In this document: piece after piece, positions 40,531 through 50,529 of the stretch
How the letters are laid out: each line of letters begins with the position of its first letter
Numbering within the stretch: the first letter of the stretch is position 1
NCBI GenBank assembly: GCA_034780895.1
Contig: JAUZTB010000079.1
Location: 13,467,732 to 13,531,731, forward strand
Reading direction: 5' to 3'
DNA from: Rhynchobatus australiae
Lineage: Eukaryota
DNA length: 64,000 nt
Translations under genes and position numbers: made by a program
The notes under the pieces: generated by a model
What the model was told of the DNA's origin: nothing
What the model saw: only the letters and a program-made list of their open reading frames with translations
Databases searched by the model: none

Positions 40531-42929
40531 TGAATACTGGTTAGACAGTCAGGTAACCTCGGACATCTTGATCTACTAGCCTGCTTCTGTTTGTATGTCC
40601 AGTAGTCACCCATTCTCTCTGTGTCTGTGCTATCTTGATCTGTGGGATGTCCACCTCCTGAAACATGCTGTCCACAAAACGACCTCATGGTTGGAATGTG
40701 GTGACATCAACTGTTGCTCAAGTTCTAAAACCCAGAACTTGAGCTCCTCCAGTTGATGCCATCCCTTGCACCTGTGGTCGTCCAGGAGGCAGGAGTTCTC
40801 GCATAGCACAGCACAGGTCTGAGGTGTCCCACCATGTTTCTATTTACCAGATTCACTCAACCAACAGAAAGAATAAACTTCTGCTATCAGATACTTGCTG
40901 TTCAACTTACTCCACAGGAACTTCATTGATTTTCCAATCCTTTGCTTAGACCAACATTTATTTAAATTCATTGTTTTGAGCCTCTGTTTAAAGTCCCTTG
41001 GAATCTGCTTCCTACACCCCTTTTTAAAAAATTGGACTCTGCTTCCCGTTCTATTTTAAAACATCATTTACGGTATTGGTTATAAAATCTCTTTGGATTG
41101 TCTTAATTGCCAAGCTGTAATAACAAATGAATTGGGAACTTCCTGAGAATATTATTCAATTTAGTCCTTGTTATTTTTGTAATTCATAATCATTTTTTGT
41201 TGTTAAAAGGTCATCCGTACTTCCACCCTTAGTATTTAATCAACTTTTAAATAAATAGTCAAATGTAAAATGTAGTGTCCTGAAGACCCCCTGGGGAAAT
41301 GTGCTTTTTTTGATCACCTTCATAGAAAGGTGAAAGGTGACTAATACCACAGGAATGTTGGGGAGAGAATGATTTTTCACACATTCCACTGATTTAAGTC
41401 ACAGTGTGTAACTTCAGTAAAACCCTGCTGAACTAATGCCAATCTATTAAGAAGTACTTTCACATTGCCTGTGATTATGTATCCAGAACATTAATGCAAT
41501 ATTGAACCACACAGTGAGGGATAAAAACAGCAGCTGCCAAGCAGCCAATGCAAACAAATTGGTGTAAGAATATCTCATGTAACATCAAAAAGAGGTCATC
41601 ATCTTAAATTGGTGCCAAGGATTGTTGGACAGTCACTGGTGGCAGTGTGCATAAATGGTAATGTGGAAAGTTAGTAGGATAATGAAGGAGAAGTCACAAT
41701 TGAACTGTTGGATGCAGGAAAGTCTCAGATTCATAAGGATTTTAAGTTTACACTTTTTAATGTCTTTAAAGCCACAAGAGCTGCTCAGACCTGTTCCCGC
41801 GGTGCTAACAATTAGTCACTTGGGATAAATAGCACCATACACATTACACATGCAAAACACCTCTATCAGCAATCTCTGTGACCCACAGGGAACACTGATT
41901 GGTTTCTACAGACTGCATATTAAGCTCCATAGGGGACTGTAATATCATATGTGTTTGAGGCTGCAATCAATAAAACTTAGAATGAATAAAGAGTAATTGG
42001 TCTAAATTAAAGTAGTTGGAATAGCTATACAAGTGTTACATACATTCAACTGCATGGGTTGCATGATGGCATGGTGGGTTGTGTCTGGTGTCCATATGTA
42101 AGTCCTGGAAATCTGACTGCCAACTTTATTGAGTTTATTGCAAATGGGGCACAATATTTTCACTTATAATTATGTAACTCCATCAATCCAAGAGCATTAG
42201 AGAACTCCAGAAAATCCTCAAACACATACTTAAGCAGGAGTTATCAAAGAAGTTACAGCATAAAATCACCCAATTTGTGGCCAGCAGAACTGGTCTTATC
42301 CTAAAAAAAAGGAGTTTGTTTTATTTTTTCCATTTTATGGGTAAGGCTATTCAGACAAGCATGTGGGAGGAGAGAAACTATAAGCTGGCAGGGCCCACAT
42401 GATGCAACAGGAAGATACCTTTCAAATTATCTGCTCATCTTATTAACCAGGAATTTTAACGGGAACCTTATCCATTGCCACCTCCCATTGCTTGCTTCAT
42501 ATATTAACCGCTCACCTTCATCTACTTTATACAAGTGCAGTGACCTTTACAGAGGGCAGCATACTACCTGCAGCATGTTTACAGATTTTAGATAAAGTAA
42601 ATTAAAAATGATTAATCAGATTAAAACATATGAAAGCTCTATTAAACTCAGAACTTCACCTCAAGACTACTTTTATGATGTATTTCACAAACCAATTTGG
42701 ATGAAGGCAAATAGAGTCCGGCTAAAATTAAATAGGACAATAGTACAACTCCCAATTTGCAATGGAAAAATAATCAATCACTGCTGTTCAAGTACCAATC
42801 TCAACAAGTTGGGGTTTCCAAACTCCTTTCTAAAGTCTCACCACTGGAAAATGTTCAGAAAGAAAACATGAGAAGGTACTGAAGCAGTCAATTCAAATCC
42901 ATAACTAACTCCAGGAAAGGTATACTTAC

Positions 42930-43016
42930 AAATCATGATTCACTTGCCATTGGTTCACAAAAACACACGTGTTTTTTGAGACAAAATATCCATTTAATTC
43001 TGTATCTTTTGTTGTG
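42930..43016 (-). CDS. cyp1a: CYP1A exon 6 (87 nt), (C)[28 protein letters not shown]
   Basis: Translated by hand. cag|C acceptor and TT|gtaagt donor. Conserved 87-nt size. Confidence 0.96.
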
Positions 43017-44842
43017 CTGAAATGTAAAATGGATTCATTTTAGTACTGCTGAGAACTCGATGTATCTTACTTTTCTTGGGTTAGTATGCTACATTGTGAA
43101 AATCAGTGAGGGCACTAGTGAAATTCATATGAAACCTCATAAGGGCAACCTAGGTAATAGAAAGTCAAGCAAAGTGACCCCTCTCACACATCCCGGAATT
43201 ATGAATGGAGGTTTTGGGCAGTCACAGAAGCAGCTCCTAACTGCCTTGCATATTTTCTTGCACAAAATAATCAGAAATGAAGAGCATTGCACCAGAATTC
43301 AACCAGACGTTGATTTTTTTCACTCTTTAAATAGCAGAAGAGGTGCAGCCTCTGACATAAACAAATCAATGTTTAAAATATTTTGCTGCAGGTTGCAGAA
43401 TGACTCAGTGGCCTGGGTATCTGGGAGATGCATCAGTATGCTATTGGAAATCACCATTCCATTGTAAGGCTCTCCAATCCAGTTCCCAGTGGCACAGGGA
43501 AGATCACTGAATACAAGACTTTATACTGTGTGCCTACATGGACTGACATGTTACAGTGATAGTGCTCTTGAGCACCGTGCAATGAATCTGATTCGCAACT
43601 ATCATTGCAGTTACTGAAAGCTAGCACCACAATTTTACTTAACGTCTTGCAAACATACTAATCTAGCAGCCCAAAAACAATCCCCAAGCATATTGTTAAG
43701 AGGGAATTGCCAATGAAGTTACAGCGGCAACTCTCTTGTCCTTTAGGCCAGTAGAACTGGTTCTATCTGTCATGGTTCTGAGTTCTGGCCCTCAATTTGG
43801 CTCCTTTAATGCCTTGTTGTATAGCACATGGATTCCATGCTGGACTGTTTGCATAATGACACACACCTGAGCCCCATCAGGGGCCTAGCATAAGTACCTG
43901 GGTTTCTCTAGCACTAGTTGCCAGAGTACTGGTCAACCTTTGGGTACACTTTGGCTCCTGCCTGCTTAGAGTGGTCTACTTGAGAGCAGTCCTGTGTTCT
44001 CCATTCTTATGTGAAGATTCAGTTTGTGTTGGAATTCCTAATCAGATCTCTGAGGCAAGATTCCTTCCAGTTGCTGCCTGTGTTTGGTCTTGAGGAAGTA
44101 TCCTGACTCCAGTCCTATACCAGTGTGCTGTATTCAGGTTCTCTGTGAGCTTGCTCTTTGCTCAACATTGTGACACTATCCATAAAACAAGGATTTTATT
44201 TTATTGGAGTAATAACCTGTGTAGAATAGAATATCATGGAGAGAACAACTTCCAATAACACTGCCAGCCACACCAACAGACCAGAGTAGTCACTTGCTCG
44301 AACATCTGGCACTAATGTGCATGCAAAAAGATCCCATAAATAGCAGTGAGGCATGTAATCATAGTATTTGTTTTAATGCTGCAGATTGAGCAAGAAATAT
44401 TGATCAGGATGCCAGGAAGAATTCCAGTGCTCATCTCTGAGATAGCACCACAGAGGGTGAGCAGCACTGCAGCTTAAAGGCTCATCTGAAAGATGGAAGA
44501 TGAAGTTGTGGACTGGGGATTTTAGAGGAGAGGTCCAGACTGTGTGTGTCTGGGGGTGGGGGAGGGAATTATTGGGGAGCTGACAGGATGGTCTGGTTAC
44601 AGATTTAAAAAGTCTCAGTGATTGGAGTCTTCTGGGCACATCCAACCACATCACCTTCCTACATCTCACCTGCAATACATTTTTGAAGAATCCTGCTTCA
44701 GGCCTGACTTACTAGAATGCAGTGTCTAAATGAGCAGGGGAAGCAGATTCAATAGCAAAGTTTAAAAATGAATTAGACGTATACTTCCAAAGGAAGTAAG
44801 TTGAGGGCTGTGGAGGGAAACTAACAGGCTGGCATTAATTGG

Positions 44843-45044
44843 AGCAACACTCACAAAATGCTGGAGGAACTCAGCCATTCAGGCAGCATCTATGGAGGGA
44901 ACTTAACAGTTGATGTCTCAGCTCAAGACCCTTCATCAGGACTGTTAATTTCCCTCCATAGATGCTGCCTGAATGGCTGAGTTCCTCCAGCATTTTCTTT
45001 GTGTGTTGCTGCAGATTCCAGCATCTGCAGAATCTCGTGTGTCT
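44843..45044. mobile_element. Penelope-derived palindromic element in CYP1A intron 5 (56-bp inverted repeat 44855-44910 / 44941-44996)
   Basis: Arms are complementary at 55/56 positions. The 30-nt loop is a decayed hammerhead core on the minus strand (CTGATGA-AGGGTCTTGAGCT-GAGA-CATC). Confidence 0.85.
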
Positions 45045-45102
45045 GGCATTAAGTGGACATCTCTTTCTAAGAGATACAATGGGCCAAATGTTGATAGCAG
45101 TT

Positions 45103-45109
45103 CACGCAA
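45103..45109 (-). promoter_or_regulatory. Single consensus XRE (TTGCGTG) in CYP1A intron 5
   Basis: cacgcaa on the + strand, 14-20 nt into intron 5. Function untested. Confidence 0.3.
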
Positions 45110-45122
45110 GAAGCTCTCTTAC

Positions 45123-45246
45123 CAGTGAGGAATGGTGAATGGTAGGAAAGATGAGTGTCTGAAGGTCTCCATGATGAAAGCTTCAGTGTAGGGCAAGAAG
45201 GCCTTGTCTGCTATCCTTGGGTTTCTGTCTTTCCCAATGTTCTCAT
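45123..45246 (-). CDS. cyp1a: CYP1A exon 5 (124 nt), K-helix ExxR ([15 protein letters not shown])
   Basis: Translated by hand. tag|AT acceptor and TG|gtaaga donor. Conserved 124-nt size. Confidence 0.96.
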
Positions 45247-45338
45247 CTAAAAGGAGGATAAAAGTCAATTGTAGCAAATGTGGAAACCAGGATGAAAGCT
45301 GTCACCCCAGGGATAAAAATGAACACCCTCAGACACAC

Positions 45339-45428
45339 CTATTTCCTCGTACAGTTTCTTCTGAATGTCAGGATAACAGACCAGGTACATAACACACCAG
45401 GAGAGACCAGTAGTTATGGTGTCGAAAC
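45339..45428 (-). CDS. cyp1a: CYP1A exon 4 (90 nt), (G)[29 protein letters not shown]
   Basis: Translated by hand. tag|GTTTCGAC acceptor and AG|gtgtgt donor. Conserved 90-nt size; completes the AGFDT motif. Confidence 0.96.
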
Positions 45429-45782
45429 CTACCAAGAGAAAGGGAACAAAGACTTTTAAGTAATAGGCTCCCTAGTTAGTCATTGCAGAAATCTTTAAAG
45501 GGGGTTGATTAAACTCCTAAGAGGCAAAGGGGTACGCCATAATTTACCTTGGAATTAGAGGGTCGAGGATAACCTATCATTCAAGTGAAATTAAACTGAT
45601 CTGCACAAGAGATCAACTGAGCTCAGCAAAGCTGCAATCTTGAGCTTCCGGCGAACAATTTATTTATTGCTAAGATCCTCGCTGTTCCTCCCATATCCAA
45701 TCCAAAAATACGCTTCAGCACTTTCAAGAACTGAACAATCAGCCCCCATCGGATGCAATTTCCAAAAAATGCCAACTCTTAC

Positions 45783-45909
45783 CGGCTCCGAATAAATCAT
45801 TCACAATGCTGACGATTTTTTCATCGGATACTTGGATATTAGCATTTTCGTCCACTTTTTTGTCCTGGCAATGTCCAATCAGCGAATCGGTTATATCCCG
45901 AATGTTGTC
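45783..45909 (-). CDS. cyp1a: CYP1A exon 3 (127 nt), I-helix [15 protein letters not shown]
   Basis: cag|GAC acceptor and G|gtaaga donor. 127 nt is the conserved CYP1A exon 3 size. [11 protein letters not shown]...VNDLFGAG is CYP1A-type. Confidence 0.97.
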
Positions 45910-46020
45910 CTGGAGGAGAAGAAAGGAGGAAGTGCCCGGGTTAGTTGCGGTCGGAGGGACAAGCTTTTCACAAAGAGAAAGTTTAACGTTTCTAAAACGT
46001 GACGGTCCGTCTGGTCTTAC

Positions 46021-46869
46021 CCTGTCAAAAGTGCGGTAATGCTCCATTACAATGTTCTCAACGAAAGTCATGAACCTTTTGTTTAAGGCGATAAACTTGT
46101 CCATGGAATGGTTCGGGAGGAACCTCAGGATTGGGATGAAATCGGCGGGGTTGCCCGAGGCTGTAACTTTCCCGAACTCGTCGCTCACGTTGATGATGTC
46201 GAGGAGCTCCTTGTTGTCGTGGCTGTATCGCTTGCCAAAGCACAGAGCGCAGATGACATTGGCCACAGACACCACCAGGTACCTCGCCGGGTCGAAGCCG
46301 CCCCTTGTCTTCATCTGGTCGGCGAAGATCTCGACCAGGTTCTGCGCCTCGCCGCAGACGTGCTCCTCCAACAGGCACGAGTGGGTGGAATTTTTACACT
46401 CCTCGGCTGAAAAGGTGCGCAGCGCATTTTGCGCCAGTTTACGGCGCAGTTTCCAGACTTCGCTGGAATCACTGCTAAAAGTCAAGCTTTTGCCGTTGCT
46501 TATAAACCTGAAGCTATAGAGGTCTGGGCGTCCAGCAAAGTCATCCCCTTGCTTGATCAGCGCTTGCTTCAAGGTGCCCAGCCCGCTGAGGACCAGCACC
46601 GGCCGGGTACCGATCTGAATCTGGAAGATGTCTCCGTACTGCTCGCTCAGGGAGGTGAGAGTCAGGTGGGGATTTTCTCCCAGCGACAGGGAGTGCCCAA
46701 AGACGGGTAGAGTCGGCGGACCCGGGAGTTTCTTCATACCCTTGGGAACTTTACTGCTGTAGGCGCGGATCAGCAGGAATGCCACAGAGAAGACCGCGAA
46801 CGCGATGAATATTTCGGTGACGGTCACGGCCATCAGACTGGCCACCACTCCGCTGCCAACGCTCCACAT
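46021..46869 (-). CDS. cyp1a: Cytochrome P450 1A, exon 2 coding part (849 nt, 283 codons; exon starts at 46877)
   Basis: Acceptor cag|GTAGCACG then ATG at 46869. Hydrophobic N-terminal anchor, LPGP hinge, [60 protein letters not shown]. Donor AGG|gtaaga at 46021/46020. Confidence 0.97.
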
Positions 46870-47518
46870 CGTGCTACCTGTGTGAGAGCAGTGAGCTTCA
46901 GAAAAACAAAGTACCAAGAAACATTTCCATTGCTAGTTCCCAAGTCTGCGGTATGCCGGTGCCTCCTGAATGAAACGCCCGACTTCCCTCCCTCAACCTA
47001 AGATGCTCGAGCTTTCTGTGATCTGTCCTGTTGTATAGTCCGACGTCAGTTTTTTTTTAAGAAAAGATAATGTTCTGTAAATGATTTGGGACGATTTTGC
47101 AAAGTTAGAGACACTATGTAAATAGAGCTATTGTTTGAGTTACCCTGCTCCTAAACCGTGCGCATGAGCAACCAAGACCAATTCTGCAAATACTTGATTT
47201 TGATTTTGCACACAATAATTTCGCTGCTGTACTTTGACGTCCTGTTTCAACCAGGCGACTCCAAAAGGTGGAGGCTGGAGTCACTAAACATAAGAGCAAG
47301 AAACATTTAGTGCTGATGTGCGTGCACTTAAATCAATATAAGTGTTAAAATTCTTGGTAGTATCAATTATATAACATGCCCCTGTGCGTCTGCAACTGTG
47401 CGTTCGGCGTTCTGCTTCTAAACGCGACGCATCTTAGAACAACAGATAACAACATGCCAGCGGAAATTTCTGCAGAACCAGGACACCATTCGCCCACATA
47501 CAATCAGCTCGTGCCTAC

Positions 47519-47612
47519 CTTTCCCCCTTCACAACAGAGCCACCGTGCTGGCAAAGTCTTGACAATTGCAAGTTTGCAACTAACGGCCAACACTGTAAGA
47601 CGCTGGCACAAG
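47519..47612 (-). other. cyp1a: Probable non-coding exon 1 of CYP1A (5' end approximate)
   Basis: Donor AAG|gtaggc at 47519/47518, ~120 nt downstream of a TATA box. CYP1A genes typically have a short non-coding first exon. Confidence 0.7.
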
Positions 47613-47637
47613 TGTGAGGCATACAGTAAACGCGTCA

Positions 47638-47731
47638 TTTATATGCAACCCCGTGCGCCTGATTGGCTGCAGGTCACATGTAGAAGTGTGATCGGACTAA
47701 TTCTCTGCCAGCCCCAAGCAACTTTCGCAAT
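47638..47731 (-). promoter_or_regulatory. CYP1A proximal promoter: TATAAA (47638-47643), GC-rich element, CCAAT (47662-47666), E-box-like CATGTGAC (47673-47680), C/EBP-like ATTGCGAAA (47723-47731)
   Basis: Motifs read directly on the minus strand in canonical order and spacing upstream of the exon 1 donor. Factor assignments are inference. Confidence 0.75.
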
Positions 47732-48232
47732 TCCTAGAGAAGAAATGTATACAATCCAGAATAGAAATAAATAACTCGGATTAACCTGAGATAATTAATG
47801 ACAAGAAACGAATCAACATTTTCATTGTAACTTCGTGACCGTCCAACTTAGGTTGCTGGTCTACTTTTATATCTAAGTATCATATTCTAGGCAGTTCACA
47901 TTACATTCTTTAACCAAATCATAAGTTTACGGTTAATTAATCAAGGTTTTCATGAGTCTGAATTAATAGTAAACCCCGGCGATTCGCAGCTGTTAAACAA
48001 CTGGATAACGAGCAAAGCTTTGGTTGTTACCCAGAACCTTAACCTGTCGTTCTTTCTGTTACATGCTCACTAGGTAGTTATCTCTTTCCAGTATTATCTG
48101 CTTGTGTGGGAGATTTACATCTTCCTCGGTGTTGTCTTAAAGTCAACAGCTATGAATAGATGAAGTATTCCCTTTACAGAATTCCCATCCTGCGTGGGCG
48201 CAGTTTAAAATCGAAAAGAAAACCGACTGAGA

Positions 48233-48413
48233 TGAGACACAAGAGATTCTGCAGATACTGGAATCTGGAGCAATACACACAAACAAAAATGCTGGAGGAA
48301 TTCAGCGGGTCGACGTTTCGGATCGAGACCCTTCATCAGGACTGGCAGTCGATTGTTCATTTCCCTCCACAGACGCTGCCTGACCTGCTGAGTCCCTCCA
48401 GCGTTTTCTGTGG
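48233..48413. mobile_element. Penelope-derived palindromic non-autonomous element with hammerhead core
   Basis: Inverted arms aaaatgctggaggaattcagcgggtc / gacctgctgagtccctccagcgtttt around a CTGATGA...GAAAC GTC core. Same family as the terminus at 58365-58480. Confidence 0.75.
48309..48342 (-). ncRNA. Minimal type I hammerhead ribozyme motif
   Basis: Minus strand reads GTC-CTGATGA-AGGGTCTCGATCC-GAAA-C-GTC-GAC: 3-bp stem I, catalytic boxes intact, stem II GGG/TCC, palindromic ACGT in place of stem III. Predicted cleavage after 48312. Confidence 0.65.
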
Positions 48414-48829
48414 ATTGAGATGAGATTTTGTTTTTCACCCAGAGGATAGCGAATCTTTAGAATTTTCAGTCCAAGAGGGTTCTGGAGTTTCAGTCGCTGA
48501 GTATATTCGTGGCAGAGATCAGTAGATTTTTGGATATTCGGAGAATCAACAGATTCTTGCGGATTGGCAGACAAGGTGCGAGGAGTAGCTTGGTCTCTCC
48601 TGTTTCCATTGTTTATGTTGTTATATTCTAGCCTGTAGGAAATACTAAATTATACAATAGTTTCATCATATATTATACATACATATATAACTATAAATGT
48701 ATAAGTAATGTTTTTATATGATCTATATCTCTTTTATGAACCTGTTACAAACATAACTATATATGTTTACAATTCTGTATCAATATGTATATATGCCTGT
48801 ACAGACGATTATTCTTCTCTGATGGTACC

Positions 48830-49345
48830 TTGCATCCAGTCAGCGGATCCTGAGGTGGCCCATGAGTCCCAAATGAACTCTGCAGATTCTGCCACAGGAG
48901 GGGCTGGTGTGCTTGGCGAGGCAGGTGAGTAGATGGTTTAAGCTGCTGGATGTTCCTTCTGCTGTTTGTGCTTGTTTTCCACATGCTCTCATTGGAGGGC
49001 CTTGAAGTGCATAGCACCTTCTGAATGCTTCACCTCCAGTTTGAGCAGTCTTGGGCCGAAGACTCCCATAAGTTCATGTTAATATAGCATTTATCAACAA
49101 GCTTTTGGGCATATCCTTGAAGTGTTTTCTCTGTCCTCCTGGTGATCACTTGCCTGAACAGAGGACTTGTTTTGAGAGTCTTGTGTCACCCAGATGGACA
49201 ATGTGGCCCATCTAGAGGAGATGACTAGTGTGATCTGTGGCTTAACGGCTGGAGCAGTTGGCCTGAGAGAGAAAACTGGCATTGGAACACTGTCTTCCCA
49301 TTGGATTTGGAAGACTTTTCTGGTGGTAATTTTCTGGTCCATTAA
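48830..49345 (-). mobile_element. RTE-clade LINE 3' fragment
   Basis: KVFQIQWED..TLVISSRWATLS; GGQRKHFKDM-like peptide. Confidence 0.6.
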
Positions 49346-49358
49346 ATGCATGTGTGTG

Positions 49359-49411
<53 letters not shown>
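49346..49411 (+). repeat. Alternating purine-pyrimidine tract (TG)n(CG)n(CA)n
   Basis: Direct reading: atgcatgtgtgtgtgcgcgcacaca... Confidence 0.95.
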
Positions 49412-49413
<2 letters not shown>

Positions 49414-49424
49414 ATACCAACAAA

Positions 49425-50472
49425 TACCAAAGGATTGTGGTGGAGGGACTGCATTCAGATTGGAGAACTGTGCCTAGTGGTGTCTCACAAGGATCAGTTC
49501 TGGGATGCCTACTTTTCATGATATTTATTAATGACTTGGATGACAGTGGGTTAGCAAGTTTGGAGACAACACAAAGATCAGTGGTGTTGTGGACAGTGTG
49601 GAGGACTGTCAAAGCTTGCAGAGGGATATTGATAGGATGCAGAGCTAGGCTGAGAAGTGGCAGATGGAGTTAAATATGGAGAAGTGTGAGGTGGAACACT
49701 TTGGAAGGACAAACTCCAAGGTGGAGTACAAGGTTAATGACAGGATTCTGGATAGTGTGGAGGAGCAGAGGGATCTGGGGGTTCATATCCACAGGTCACT
49801 GAGAGTTGCCTCACAGGTGGACAGGGTAGTTAAGAAAGCTTATGGGATGTTAGGTTTAATAAGTCATGGGATCGAGTTTAAGAGCTGCGAGGTAATGATG
49901 CAGCTCTACAAAACTCTGATTAGACCACACTTGGAGTACTGTGTCCAGTTCTGGTTGCCTCATTATAGGAAACATGTGGAAACATTGGAAAGGGTGCAGA
50001 TGAGATTTACCAGGATGCTGCCTGGATTGGAAAGTATGGAATATAAAGAGAGACTAAGGGAACTAGTGCTTTACTCTTTGGAGAGAAGGAGGATGAGGGG
50101 CAGACTTGATAGAGGTATACAAAATATTAAGAGGAATAGATTGAGTAGACAGCCAGTGCCTCTTTCCCAGGGCACCAATACTCAATGCAAGAGAGCGCGG
50201 CTTTAAAGTAATGGGTGGGAAGTTCACGGGAATATCAGAGGAATGTTTTTCACCCAGAGAGTAGTTGGGGCATGGAATGCACTGTCTGGGGTAGTGGTGA
50301 AGGCAGATACATTGGTCAAGTTCAAGAGATTGTTAGATAAGCAGATGGAGGAATTTAAAATAGGGGGAAATGTGGGAGGAAGGGGTTAGATGGTCTTAGG
50401 TGAGGTCTAAAGGTCAGCATGACATGGTGGGCTGAAGGGCCTGTATTGTGCTGTGTTGTTCTATGGTTCTAA
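49425..50472 (+). mobile_element. Relatively young CR1 LINE 3' kilobase
   Basis: VPSGVSQGSVLG..FINDLD; 180-aa ORF EKCEVEHFGR..EQRDLGVHIHRSL..RPHLEYCVQFW; tail ttctatggttct. Confidence 0.93.
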
Positions 50473-50529
50473 ATACAAATGCCTACACATACATGCATAT
50501 CTATATACATGCATCTGCAAACATATACG

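Larger units (their letters stand above)
45640..47050. other. CpG-rich island over CYP1A exons 2-3
   Basis: Visibly high GC and CpG density compared with the CpG-depleted rest of the window. Confidence 0.75.

Noticed and set aside
45806-46710. Antisense and alternative-frame ORFs over CYP1A exons 2-3
   Set aside because: Expected shadow ORFs of GC-rich coding sequence.
46870-46917. N-terminal extension [16 protein letters not shown] in the ORF track
   Set aside because: Starts at a TTG inside intron 1; the acceptor is at 46878/46877 and the true ATG at 46869.
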